64,000 nt of DNA, from NCBI GenBank assembly GCA_030765145.1, contig JAVCDA010000046.1, positions 6,142 through 70,141 on the forward strand. Reading direction: 5' to 3'. The notes under the pieces were generated by a model. It was given only the letters and a program-made list of their open reading frames with translations, was not told where the DNA came from and ran no database searches. Positions 38,617 through 49,342 of this stretch are shown one piece after another; the stretch's first letter is position 1, and each line of letters opens with the position of its first letter. The stretch is from Candidatus Saelkia tenebricola. GTDB taxonomy: Bacteria; Omnitrophota; Gorgyraeia; Kaelpiales; Kaelpiaceae. Made by a program: the position numbers and the translations under genes.

Positions 38617-39858
38617 ATGCATAGATTTAATTATCAAAGGTCTAATTTGTATGCTGAAGGAATAAAGGTGGAGAATATAATCAAACAGTTTGGTACTCCG
38701 CTGTATATTTACAGTGCTAATACAATCCTGGATCATTTTTTTAAATTGAAGCATGCTTTTAAGGTGCTTAATCCTTTGATTTGTTTTAGCATGAAATCCA
38801 ATTCTAGCTTAGCTATTATACGTCTTCTTGTTAAAAGCGGTTCCGGGATTGATGTTGTTTCTGGTGGTGAGTTGTATAAAGCAATTAAAGCAGGTTGTCC
38901 TGGGGTAAAAATTGTCTATGCCGGGGTAGGTAAAAGAGAGGACGAAATTGAAACTGCAATTAAAGCAGGTATTTTATTTTTTAATGTCGAATCTGTTCCG
39001 GAATTGGAAAAGATAAATAAAATTGCCAAAAGGTGTAAAAAAATACAAAGCGTTTGTATTAGGCTTAATCCGGATGTTGATGCTAAAACACATAAGTATA
39101 TTACAACTGGCAAAAAAGAAACCAAATTTGGTCTTCCATATAAAGTAGCGAAGAGTATATTTAAAAATAAATCCAAGTATAAAAATGTAAAGATTGAAGG
39201 GATTCATCTTCATATCGGGTCTCAAATCGTACGTTTAGACCCTTTTTTAAAAGCAATTAAAGTTGCTTTGGAATTAAAGAAGGAAGTAGACTTTGAATAC
39301 TTAAATATCGGTGGGGGTTTGGGAATAATTTATAAAAATGAGAAACCATTGCTACCTGATCAATATGCCAGAGAAATAGAAAAACTTCTTAAAGGAAGCA
39401 AGGTAAAGTTAATTCTTGAGCCTGGAAGGTTTATTGTCGGTAATGCTGGTATTTTAGTAACACGGGTAGTATATTTTAAAAAAGGAATTAATAAGAATTT
39501 CGCAATTACAGATGGAGGAATGAATTTACTTCTTAGGCCGGCATTATATGAGGCATATCATGAAATAAATTTGGTTAAGAAAAAAAACAAACCTAAAGTT
39601 AAAATGGATATAGTAGGTCCAGTTTGCGAAAGTTCTGATTTTCTGGGTCAAGACAGGATTTTACCTGTCCCTAAGGAAGGGGAAGCATTGGCTGTTTTTG
39701 GAGCTGGGGCATATGGGTCTGCGATGGCTTCTGTTTACAATGGCCATCCTCTTTGCGCAGAAGTATTGGTTAACGAAAAAGAAGTTTATTTGGTTAAGAA
39801 GAAGGAGAACTACAGGGATTTAATTCAGAATGATTTAATTCCTGATTTTTTAAGATGA
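38617..39858 (+). CDS. lysA: diaminopimelate decarboxylase
   Basis: 'MKSNS', 'HIGSQI', 'EPGRFI', 'GPVCESSD'. Confidence 0.96.
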   Translation: MHRFNYQRSNLYAEGIKVENIIKQFGTPLYIYSANTILDHFFKLKHAFKVLNPLICFSMKSNSSLAIIRLLVKSGSGIDVVSGGELYKAIKAGCPGVKIVYAGVGKREDEIETAIKAGILFFNVESVPELEKINKIAKRCKKIQSVCIRLNPDVDAKTHKYITTGKKETKFGLPYKVAKSIFKNKSKYKNVKIEGIHLHIGSQIVRLDPFLKAIKVALELKKEVDFEYLNIGGGLGIIYKNEKPLLPDQYAREIEKLLKGSKVKLILEPGRFIVGNAGILVTRVVYFKKGINKNFAITDGGMNLLLRPALYEAYHEINLVKKKNKPKVKMDIVGPVCESSDFLGQDRILPVPKEGEALAVFGAGAYGSAMASVYNGHPLCAEVLVNEKEVYLVKKKENYRDLIQNDLIPDFLR

Positions 39859-40670
39859 AAGTTATTACATTTTCTAAAGCAGTTGCAACAGGTAATGATT
39901 TTGTGATTATAGAGAATAAAAAATATTCCACTAAAATTCTTAAATCTCTGGCTCAAAAATTATGCCTCAGAAAATATGGTATTGGCGCTGATGGTCTTTT
40001 GGTATCTCAAGAATCTAAGAAGGCTGATATTAAAATGAGAATTTTTAATTCCGATGGATCTGAGGCAGAAATGTGTGGTAATGGTATAAGATGTTTTATA
40101 CTATGGGCTTACAGAATGGGGTTAATAAAAAGTGTTTCTTTTGTTGAAACTATAGCTGGTGTGATTAAAGGTAAAGTTAAAAGTAATGCTGTGGTTTCTG
40201 TTAAACTGGATGCTTCTTTTGAGTATAAGGCTGGGATAAAAATACCTTTTAAAAACAGGATTTTTAAAGGAGATTATTTGGATACCGGAGTTCCTCATTT
40301 TGTAGTTGCAACTGATGACATAAATAATGTCAATGTTAAATCGTACGGAGAGTTTTTAAGGTATCATAAAATTTTTAAACCTCGAGGTACTAATGTGAAT
40401 TTTATACAGTTTGCAAATAATAAATTGTATGTTAGAACTTATGAAAGAGGAGTTGAAGATGAAACCCTTGCCTGTGGTACGGGGTGTGTTGCTTCAGCAC
40501 TTATATTGGGTAGAAAAAATGGTTATTTGGCCAAAGAATTTACGGTGATACCTAAAAGCAAAGAGAAGCTTAAAATAAGTTATCAGTTAAAAAACGGTGA
40601 GTTTAAAAATGTATATTTAGAAGGCAAAGCAGATATTTTGTTTAGTGCTGAATTCTGCTTTGATAAATAG
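39855..40670 (+). CDS. dapF: diaminopimelate epimerase
   Basis: 'GNDF', 'EMCGNG', 'ERGV..ETLACGTG'. Confidence 0.96.
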   Translation: MKVITFSKAVATGNDFVIIENKKYSTKILKSLAQKLCLRKYGIGADGLLVSQESKKADIKMRIFNSDGSEAEMCGNGIRCFILWAYRMGLIKSVSFVETIAGVIKGKVKSNAVVSVKLDASFEYKAGIKIPFKNRIFKGDYLDTGVPHFVVATDDINNVNVKSYGEFLRYHKIFKPRGTNVNFIQFANNKLYVRTYERGVEDETLACGTGCVASALILGRKNGYLAKEFTVIPKSKEKLKISYQLKNGEFKNVYLEGKADILFSAEFCFDK

Positions 40671-40684
40671 GGGAGGTGAAATTT

Positions 40685-41563
40685 ATGTTCCGTGGTTCTA
40701 TGGTTGCACTTGTTACTCCTTTTAAAAACGGTAAGATTGATAGGAGTGGATTGAAAAAACTAGTTAGGTTTCATATTGATAACAATACTTCTGCTATTGT
40801 TCCCTGTGGAACTACAGGAGAATCTGCCACGCTTTCTTACGATGAGCATAAATTGGTAATTGATATTATTTTAGAGGAGGCGAAGGGTAAGATTCCGATT
40901 ATTGCAGGTACAGGTTCTAATTCTACATGGGAAGCTGTTAAGCTTACAAAATTTGCAAATAGAAAAGGAGTACAAGGTGCTCTTTTAATTTGTCCCTATT
41001 ACAATAAGCCTACGCAGCGCGGGTTATATCATCATTTTAAAGCAATAGCTGAGGAAGTGAATATTCCTTTGATACTTTATAATATACCATCACGTACTGG
41101 CATTAATATGTTGCCTGAAACTATTGCTCGTTTGGGGAGGGATTTTAAGAATATTGTTGGAGTCAAGGAGGCGACAGGAAACTTGGACCAAATGATAGCA
41201 ATTAAAAACATAGCTCCCCGGAATTTTATTTTAATTTCCGGAGATGATGCTTTAACGCTGCCGATTTTATCTATCGGAGGAACGGGGGTAATATCTGTGC
41301 TTGCCAATATTATGCCCAGAGAAGTTGAAGATGTTGTTAGGAAATTTGAAGAAGGAAATATAAAAAAAGCCAGGGAACTTAACTTAAAGCTATATCCTTT
41401 GGTTAAAACAATGTTTGTTGAAACTAATCCCGGGCCTGTAAAAACTGCTATGGGGTTAATGGGAATGATTTCTTCGGAGTTAAGACCGCCTATGTTTAAA
41501 ATGTCTAAAGAAAACGAAAAAATATTAAAAACAACTCTTAAAAAATACGGATTATTGAAATGA
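40685..41563 (+). CDS. dapA: 4-hydroxy-tetrahydrodipicolinate synthase
   Basis: 'GTTGES', 'YNIPSRTG', 'GVKEA'; ATG 40685 behind GGAGGTG. Confidence 0.97.
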   Translation: MFRGSMVALVTPFKNGKIDRSGLKKLVRFHIDNNTSAIVPCGTTGESATLSYDEHKLVIDIILEEAKGKIPIIAGTGSNSTWEAVKLTKFANRKGVQGALLICPYYNKPTQRGLYHHFKAIAEEVNIPLILYNIPSRTGINMLPETIARLGRDFKNIVGVKEATGNLDQMIAIKNIAPRNFILISGDDALTLPILSIGGTGVISVLANIMPREVEDVVRKFEEGNIKKARELNLKLYPLVKTMFVETNPGPVKTAMGLMGMISSELRPPMFKMSKENEKILKTTLKKYGLLK

Positions 41564-42363
41564 AAGTAAAAATTGTTATTTCCGGTTGTTTAGGCAGAAT
41601 GGGTGAAAGAATTGCGTGTTTAGCATTTAATGCATCAGATATTGAAGTTATAGCTGGTATTGAGAAAGAGGATCATCCCTCGATAGGAGAGGATTTGTCT
41701 GAAGTTTTGGGGAAGGGAAGAAGAGGTATCGAAATTACATCTGATTTTAAGCAGGCGATATCTAAATCAGATGTTTTGATAGAATTTACCAGCCCAAAAG
41801 TTACACTCAAACATATTCAAGTTGCATCGGGATTAGGAAAAAAAATTCTAATTGGTACAACAGGATTTGATGAGCAGGGAATTCAGGAAATAAAGAAAAC
41901 GGGTTCTGAAACAGCGGTTTTAATCTCTCCCAATATGAGCATAGGTGTAAATGTGATGTTTAAAATTATGCCTCAGCTTGTAAAATTATTAGGGGAAGAT
42001 TATGATATAGAGATTGTTGAGCTTCATCATAACAAAAAAAAAGATGCTCCCTCGGGGACGGCTAAAAAAATTGCAGAAATTATTTGTGATGCAAGAAGTA
42101 ATCTTAAATGCACATATGGTAGACAGGGGTTAACCGGGCCTCGCGATAAAGATGAACTTGCTATTCATGCTTTAAGATTGGGGGATATTACAGGAGAACA
42201 CAGGATTATATTTGCTGGTAATGATGAAAGAATAGAATTCATACATAGTGCAGGGTCTCGCGATATCTTTGCTGAGGGGGTAATACTTGGGGTTAGATAC
42301 ATCAGAGATAAAAAGAGCGGTTTTTATACTATGGGAGATGTGTTGTCCCAGCGGTTGAGATGA
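41560..42363 (+). CDS. dapB: 4-hydroxy-tetrahydrodipicolinate reductase
   Basis: 'GCLGRMG', 'GTTG', 'ELHHNKKKDAPSGTA'. Confidence 0.97.
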   Translation: MKVKIVISGCLGRMGERIACLAFNASDIEVIAGIEKEDHPSIGEDLSEVLGKGRRGIEITSDFKQAISKSDVLIEFTSPKVTLKHIQVASGLGKKILIGTTGFDEQGIQEIKKTGSETAVLISPNMSIGVNVMFKIMPQLVKLLGEDYDIEIVELHHNKKKDAPSGTAKKIAEIICDARSNLKCTYGRQGLTGPRDKDELAIHALRLGDITGEHRIIFAGNDERIEFIHSAGSRDIFAEGVILGVRYIRDKKSGFYTMGDVLSQRLR

Positions 42364-44087
42364 AAAAAAAAGTAAAAATTGTTCTATTATCTGCTGCTAT
42401 TTTAATAGGTATTGTTATCTCAATAACAGACGTATTCTTTTCTTTTGATCGTAATCTTATTAGCTGGTATCTGAAAGATATTGATATAATTGGAGATGAA
42501 ATAGTTGTAGTGACAGTTGAGGAGGAAAGTTTCGTTGAAGAAAAACTTTGGCCTTGGTCTTCTGGTTGGTCAAAGTACCTGGTTTCATTTATTTTGGACT
42601 TAAAACCAAGAAATCTTGTTCTGGGGTCTCGTTTTGTAAAAGAAGTCAAAGATTTGAATTCTTACGGTAAGATTTTAAGAGATCCACGTCTTGTTATGCC
42701 TTTTAGCAGTAAAGAATCGGTGAGAGAAAATGATGAATCTCCCACTGATTTTATTCAGCAAAGACGGGGATATTTTCACTATTATAACCGGAATAATAAT
42801 TTATCTGAAATAGGTTTTTCAAATTCAGGCGAAAGTGCGTATTCAAAGAAAATGTTTAACAAACAAGGTTTCTATTTTTTACCACAGGATGAAAATGTTA
42901 CGGTTATATCTGCTAATAGTATTGCTCTATCTGGTTTTTTAAAATCTGAAGGTTATAAAGCTCAAGATGAAATCGACTTCATAAAAGATAAAATTGTTCT
43001 TTTGGAAAGTAATGGTGGGGATTTAAATAAAGAAATTTCATTTTTAAGTGCTCAGCTGCATGGAAATGTTTTTCTTGTATTGGCCAGAGAATTTAATGTA
43101 TATATTGCGGTGTTTATGTTTGCGGTTATTTATATATTGCTGAGATCGATTAAACTTAGGAAAGCAATTTTAATATTTTTATTGCTCTTAGGAGGGTCTT
43201 TTATATTTCAGAGAATATACTTTTCTGTTATGAGAATTTATATAGAACTGGCGCCTGTGGTTATATTTGCTTTTTTGGGATTGATAGTATCTGTTTTAGA
43301 GCAGGAGTATGATATGCGTATTCATAGGAAAGACAGGAAGGAAACTCAACTTGCCAGAATGCTGAAAGACAAGGAAATTTTACCCCATTCGATTGTAACA
43401 TCTAATGGTGCAGTGGTGAATGTAACTCGTTATAAAATGGACAAAGTAGGAGGTGATTTCTACCAGTTTTTAGAATTTGCTAAAGGAGAACTCGGGATAG
43501 TGTTAGGCTGGGTTCCGGGCAGTGGGGTTGAAAGAGTGAGGTATATTATGGAGATTGTACATAGCTGGCGGGATTTTGCTTCTGTCTATAAGGAACCTGG
43601 TAAAGTTATTCAAGTACTTAATAATTCTCTGTTTAGATATGCCGAAGAAGGAAAATATACGACTTTTATTTATCTTCTTTATGATGCCAAGAAAGGATTT
43701 TTAAAATATGTTAATGCAGGGCATGATCCTTTAATTTTTGTAGATAAAAAAGAAAATATTAAAATTATCAATGCTCAGGAACCTACACCTTTAGGTATAG
43801 CAAGAGATGTTCCGTTTTATGAGGGAGAAATCAATTTAACAGAAATAGGGGATGCGATGGTCATTGGTTATAGCGGTGGTATTTCCAGATTGATTGCAGA
43901 TTCCGGAGGTTTAAAAAGCGAATTTTTACAGCGATTCAATAGCTATTTGAAGTATGAATCTGGTAAATTGTCAGATGAAGTATTTAGTGATTTTTTGAAA
44001 TATTATTCTAAAAAGCCGGAGGAAGAATGGTCTTTACTCACTTTAAAAATAACGGAGCCAGTAAATCCGATATCAATGTCAATTTAA
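42360..44087 (+). CDS. CHASE2-like sensor + TM helices + degenerate SpoIIE/PP2C domain
   Basis: N-terminal TM, 'IVVVTVEEES....WPW' CHASE2 start, 3 TMs, 'VGGDFY', 'LNNSL', 'YVNAGH.P', 'PLGI'. Confidence 0.8.
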   Translation: MKKKVKIVLLSAAILIGIVISITDVFFSFDRNLISWYLKDIDIIGDEIVVVTVEEESFVEEKLWPWSSGWSKYLVSFILDLKPRNLVLGSRFVKEVKDLNSYGKILRDPRLVMPFSSKESVRENDESPTDFIQQRRGYFHYYNRNNNLSEIGFSNSGESAYSKKMFNKQGFYFLPQDENVTVISANSIALSGFLKSEGYKAQDEIDFIKDKIVLLESNGGDLNKEISFLSAQLHGNVFLVLAREFNVYIAVFMFAVIYILLRSIKLRKAILIFLLLLGGSFIFQRIYFSVMRIYIELAPVVIFAFLGLIVSVLEQEYDMRIHRKDRKETQLARMLKDKEILPHSIVTSNGAVVNVTRYKMDKVGGDFYQFLEFAKGELGIVLGWVPGSGVERVRYIMEIVHSWRDFASVYKEPGKVIQVLNNSLFRYAEEGKYTTFIYLLYDAKKGFLKYVNAGHDPLIFVDKKENIKIINAQEPTPLGIARDVPFYEGEINLTEIGDAMVIGYSGGISRLIADSGGLKSEFLQRFNSYLKYESGKLSDEVFSDFLKYYSKKPEEEWSLLTLKITEPVNPISMSI

Positions 44088-44863
44088 AAAACAACAATGA
44101 TTTGTTGGACTTAGATAAAGAAAAAGAAATTGTTGAATTGCTTTTTGAAGGCCTTAGCAGTTTAGAGCGTGGTATGCGAAGTTTGAGTAGAAATATTACT
44201 ACCCCTGTGGGTAAAATCAGTATTATTGCTGTTGATATGGTGGGTAGAGTTGTAATAGTTGAAATTGGAAAAAGTGATGTAGAAGATCTAATTTTTAAAG
44301 CTATAGATCATTTTGATTGGGCGTTGACGCATATGAAAGATTTGGAAGAAAGGTATCAATTCTATAATATTGATCCTACTCTGGCTCCCAGGATTGTCAT
44401 TCTTGCTCCGAATTATTCTGAAAAATTTATTAAAAGGGCGACTTACTTAAATCCTACTTTTATTGACATCTATGAGTATCAAATTAAGGAAAGTATGGGA
44501 ACAAGAAAGGTTTATTTCAGGCCTTTTTCATTTATTAATCATAAAAAATGGATTATATATTTAAGGACGAAGTCAATAGATGATCACTTGAACTATTTGG
44601 AAAACGATGTTTTAAGAGAAGGATTAAAAAGTTTATTAGTTGAGGCTCAATCTTTAAGGAATGATTGTATAATAGATACTTCTTTGGGGTATGTTAAGTT
44701 TAAAGATAAAAGCGAAAATATTATTTTAGGGATATATATGTTAAAGAATTCTTTTTGGATTAATTGGGAGGAGAAAAGATGGGGTGGGCATTTCATCAAA
44801 AATAAAGACGATTTTAATGTTTTAAAGACAACTATTTTACGAGTTATCAGGAAGGAGGTATAA
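44027..44863 (+). CDS. hypothetical protein, degenerate NucS-like PD-(D/E)XK fold with DUF5655-like C-terminus
   Basis: 'GKISIIAVDMVGRVVIVEIGK', 'PRIVILAP.YS' pattern; start uncertain (ATG 44027 or TTG about 44102). Confidence 0.6.
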   Translation: MVFTHFKNNGASKSDINVNLKNNNDLLDLDKEKEIVELLFEGLSSLERGMRSLSRNITTPVGKISIIAVDMVGRVVIVEIGKSDVEDLIFKAIDHFDWALTHMKDLEERYQFYNIDPTLAPRIVILAPNYSEKFIKRATYLNPTFIDIYEYQIKESMGTRKVYFRPFSFINHKKWIIYLRTKSIDDHLNYLENDVLREGLKSLLVEAQSLRNDCIIDTSLGYVKFKDKSENIILGIYMLKNSFWINWEEKRWGGHFIKNKDDFNVLKTTILRVIRKEV

Positions 44864-46033
44864 GTGAATGTTATTTTTGAAAGTTCTCAAAAGCTAGGTA
44901 AGTTACCGCCGTATCTTTTTGTTGAAATAGATAGGCTGAAGAAAAAACTGCTTGAGGCAGGTGAAGATATAATAAATTTAGGTATTGGGGATCCGGATCT
45001 TGCTACACCTCAAGAGATAATAGATGAGTTAAATAGAACTTCACGTGATGCTAAAAACCATTGTTATCCTATGGATTTAGGAGTTAAAGAGTTAAGATAC
45101 GGAATAACAAAGTGGTTTTCAAATAGATTCAGTGTTGATTTAGACCCGGATTGTGAGGTCTTACCATTGATAGGTTCCAAGGAAGGTATTGCTCATTTTC
45201 CTCTTGCGGTAGTTAATCCGGGAGATGTGGTTTTAATACCCGAGCCTCTTTATCCTCCGTATAGAAGCGGTGCGATTTTTGCAGGAGCCGAGATGATATA
45301 TTTACCGCTAGAGGAAGAACATGGGTTTTTACCTCAGGTTAAGAGTTTGGATAAAGATATTCTAAAGAAAACAAAAATTCTTTATTTAAACTTCCCTAAT
45401 AATCCTACAACGTCTGTTGTTGATAAGGAATATTTAGAAGATATTGTCCAAATGGCGAGGGAGTTTAACTTTATCATTCTTTATGATGCGGCTTATTCAG
45501 AAATTACTTTTGATGGATTTAAAGCTCCGAGTATCTTAGAAATTAAAGGAGCTAAAGATGTAGCAATAGAATTTCATTCTTTTTCTAAAACGTATAATAT
45601 GACAGGCTGGAGGTTAGGGTGGGCTTGTGGCAATAGAAAACTAGTTGAATACTTACGGCAAGTGAAATCCAATATTGACTCCGGTGTTTTTAATCCTGTG
45701 CAATTTGCCGGAATAAAAGCGCTTGAAATGTATCCCGACCATATAACTCAAGTTAGAGAGATTTATTTAAACAGGAGGGATGTTTTTCTTAATGCTTTAG
45801 GTAAATGCGGCTGGGAGATAGATTATCCAAAATCTACATTTTATATTTGGGCTAAGTTGCCTAAAAATGTTGATTCGACTAAGTTTTGTAAGATGTTACT
45901 TGAAGAATGTCACCTAATCGCTACCCCAGGTATTGGATTTGGACCTTCTGGAGAAGGTTATGTTAGGTTTTCACTTGTCACAACAGAAGAGCGTCTTTTG
46001 GAAGCTGCAAAGAGAATTTCTAAAATTTTGTGA
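44864..46033 (+). CDS. dapL: LL-diaminopimelate aminotransferase
   Basis: 'LPPYLFVEID', 'LGIGDPD', 'GSKEGIAH', 'SFSKTYNMTGWRLG'; context with dapABF/lysA. Confidence 0.88.
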   Translation: MNVIFESSQKLGKLPPYLFVEIDRLKKKLLEAGEDIINLGIGDPDLATPQEIIDELNRTSRDAKNHCYPMDLGVKELRYGITKWFSNRFSVDLDPDCEVLPLIGSKEGIAHFPLAVVNPGDVVLIPEPLYPPYRSGAIFAGAEMIYLPLEEEHGFLPQVKSLDKDILKKTKILYLNFPNNPTTSVVDKEYLEDIVQMAREFNFIILYDAAYSEITFDGFKAPSILEIKGAKDVAIEFHSFSKTYNMTGWRLGWACGNRKLVEYLRQVKSNIDSGVFNPVQFAGIKALEMYPDHITQVREIYLNRRDVFLNALGKCGWEIDYPKSTFYIWAKLPKNVDSTKFCKMLLEECHLIATPGIGFGPSGEGYVRFSLVTTEERLLEAAKRISKIL

Positions 46034-46548
46034 GTAAAATCTATATCGGTTTAGGATCTAATCTGGGTAATAAAAAAAATAATTTAGAGACGGCTTTGAT
46101 TGAATTAAAAAAAATAGCAATAGTTAATAAGGTTTCTTCGTTATATCAATCTTCGCCGTGGGGTTATAAAAATCAGGAGGATTTTTATAATGCGGTGGTT
46201 GAGGTAGATGTAGATTTGAGTCCGCAAGAACTTCTTGATAGGTTAAAAGAGATAGAGGCAAAATTTATGTCTGTAAAATCAGTTAGATGGGGACCGAGGA
46301 TTATTGATTTAGATATTCTTTTATATGATCAGCAAATTGTTGATTCTCCGCAGTTAAAAATTCCTCATCCGGAAATTAAAAATAGAATTTTTGTATTGAT
46401 TCCACTTTTAGAATTAAATTCGGAATTAATTGATCCAGATACTAAGATTAAATTTTTAGAGGAGGTATCTTTACTTAAGAGCAATGAGGAAGTTAATAGA
46501 ATAGCATTTTTTAACGAAAAAGAACGAAGATGGAATGAAGATATTTAA
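46030..46548 (+). CDS. folK: 2-amino-4-hydroxy-6-hydroxymethyldihydropteridine diphosphokinase
   Basis: 'GLGSNLG', 'WGPRIIDLDIL', 'IPHP'. Confidence 0.96.
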   Translation: MSKIYIGLGSNLGNKKNNLETALIELKKIAIVNKVSSLYQSSPWGYKNQEDFYNAVVEVDVDLSPQELLDRLKEIEAKFMSVKSVRWGPRIIDLDILLYDQQIVDSPQLKIPHPEIKNRIFVLIPLLELNSELIDPDTKIKFLEEVSLLKSNEEVNRIAFFNEKERRWNEDI

Positions 46549-47380
46549 ATCCGCTAAGAGTGTGCAGAATTATATTTTGTCTCTTAAGAGACAAGGTAGA
46601 AGGATTGGTTTTGTTCCTACCATGGGATGCCTTCACGATGGGCACTTGAGTTTAATTAAGCGTGCCAGAAAAGATAATGATGTTGTTGTATTAAGTATAT
46701 TTATCAATCCGATTCAATTTGGTCCTAATGAGGATTATAAACATTATCCTAGAAGTTTAAAAATGGATTTAATGCTTGCTCGTAATGGGGGAGTAGATGT
46801 TGTGTATTATCCTGATTCCCGAGAGATGTATACTGAAGATCATTGTACTTACGTAGAAGTAAACGGGATATCCGAAGTGCTATGCGGTGAGTTTCGCCCA
46901 GGCCATTTTAAGGGTGTTACAACTGTTTGTGCCAAATTGTTTAATATAGTGCAGCCTGATATAGTTTATTTAGGTAAGAAAGATTATCAGCAGGCGATAA
47001 TTATTAAGCAGATGGTTAAGAATTTGAATATGCCTTTAAGAATTAAAATTGTACCTATCGTAAGAGAAAAAGATGGATTGGCTATCAGTTCAAGAAACAG
47101 AAACCTTACTAAGGGTAACAGAAAACAGGCTCTGGTTATTTTTAAATCATTACAAACTGTTAGAGGATTAGTTAAAGATGGAGTGAAAGATACGGGTAAA
47201 ATAAAAAGTAAAGTTGAAAATATTATTTCAAATATGCCGGGAATCAAGGTAGAATATATCCGAGTTGTAGATTTGAAACTCTTACAACCTGTTGCTGTAA
47301 TCAAAAAACCTGTTCTTTTAGCAATAGTTGTTTGGATTAAAAAAGTACGTTTGATAGATAATATAATTTTAAAACCATGA
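46535..47380 (+). CDS. panC: pantoate-beta-alanine ligase
   Basis: 'PTMGCLHDGH', 'RPGHF.GV', 'GLAISSRN', 'RLIDN'. Confidence 0.96.
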   Translation: MKIFKSAKSVQNYILSLKRQGRRIGFVPTMGCLHDGHLSLIKRARKDNDVVVLSIFINPIQFGPNEDYKHYPRSLKMDLMLARNGGVDVVYYPDSREMYTEDHCTYVEVNGISEVLCGEFRPGHFKGVTTVCAKLFNIVQPDIVYLGKKDYQQAIIIKQMVKNLNMPLRIKIVPIVREKDGLAISSRNRNLTKGNRKQALVIFKSLQTVRGLVKDGVKDTGKIKSKVENIISNMPGIKVEYIRVVDLKLLQPVAVIKKPVLLAIVVWIKKVRLIDNIILKP

Positions 47381-48177
47381 AAATAGGGATTGTTGGAGTT
47401 GGCACAATAGGAAAATCGGTGATTAAAAATGTAATCTCGCAGTATAAGGATAAGTTGAATGCTGTGTTTGTTTATGATCTTGATATTGATAATCTAAAAC
47501 ATGTAAAAGCTGATTTCGAATGGTTAAAACCGGTAAAATCCTTGGAAGAAATAGTTAAAAAAAGTGATTTTTTAGTAGAGTCAGCTTCTGTTGCTTGTGT
47601 TAAGAGCTTAATTCCTCTAATCGAAAAGTATAAAAAAGATGTACTGTTTATGAGTACTGGTGGTCTTTTGTCTCGTGAGGATTTTTTGAAAAAGTCAGAA
47701 GAACAAAGTGTTGAGATAATAATTCCTCATGGAGCTATCGCAGGATTGGATGCCATTAAAGCTGTTAAGTTAGCCGGTATTAAGAGTTTGAGTATAACCA
47801 GCTATAAGCCTGTTAGGTCTCTTTTAGGTTCTCCTTATCTTGTAAAAAATAAAATAAATCTTAAAAATGTTAAAGGTAAAAAACTTATTTTTGAAGGTAG
47901 TGTAAAAGAAGCTGTAAAAGGATTTCCCAAAAGCGTCAATGTTTCAGCTACGCTTCTTTTAAGCTCAGGGTTTAAGGATTTAAAGGTTCGGGTATATGCT
48001 CATGAAGATTCTAAAACGATTATTCATGTAGTAGATGTAGAATCTAATATATCGAATCTGCAGTTGGTTAGTAAAAATTATCCGTCTTTGGATAATCCGA
48101 GGACTTCTGCATTAGCAATTTACTCTGCCTGTGAGCATGTAAGGCAGTATATCTTTAAGAATTTCAATAAAAAGTAA
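47377..48177 (+). CDS. nadX: L-aspartate dehydrogenase (NadX/DUF108 family)
   Basis: GVGTIG, 'GAIAGLD', 'FP..VNVSATL', 'NPRTS.LA'. Confidence 0.88.
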   Translation: MKIGIVGVGTIGKSVIKNVISQYKDKLNAVFVYDLDIDNLKHVKADFEWLKPVKSLEEIVKKSDFLVESASVACVKSLIPLIEKYKKDVLFMSTGGLLSREDFLKKSEEQSVEIIIPHGAIAGLDAIKAVKLAGIKSLSITSYKPVRSLLGSPYLVKNKINLKNVKGKKLIFEGSVKEAVKGFPKSVNVSATLLLSSGFKDLKVRVYAHEDSKTIIHVVDVESNISNLQLVSKNYPSLDNPRTSALAIYSACEHVRQYIFKNFNKK

Positions 48178-48198
48178 TTTAAGCTGTAACAATTCTAC

Positions 48199-48227
48199 TT
48201 GCAAAGGAGTATTTTTACTGTTAAAAT
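48199..48227 (+). promoter_or_regulatory. sigma70-type promoter for gap
   Basis: TTGCAA-17 bp-TAAAAT with extended -10 TG. Confidence 0.6.
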
Positions 48228-48251
48228 TTTTCTCCAAAAAGAGAAGTATAA

Positions 48252-49289
<1,038 letters not shown>

Positions 49290-49309
49290 GACCATTAATA
49301 TAATTGCTG

Positions 49310-49332
49310 GGGCAGATTTAAAAACTCTGCCC
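49310..49332 (+). other. GC-rich stem-loop after gap (no U-tract; possible mRNA stability element or weak terminator)
   Basis: GGGCAGA-N9-TCTGCCC. Confidence 0.5.
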
Positions 49333-49342
49333 TCGGAAATAG

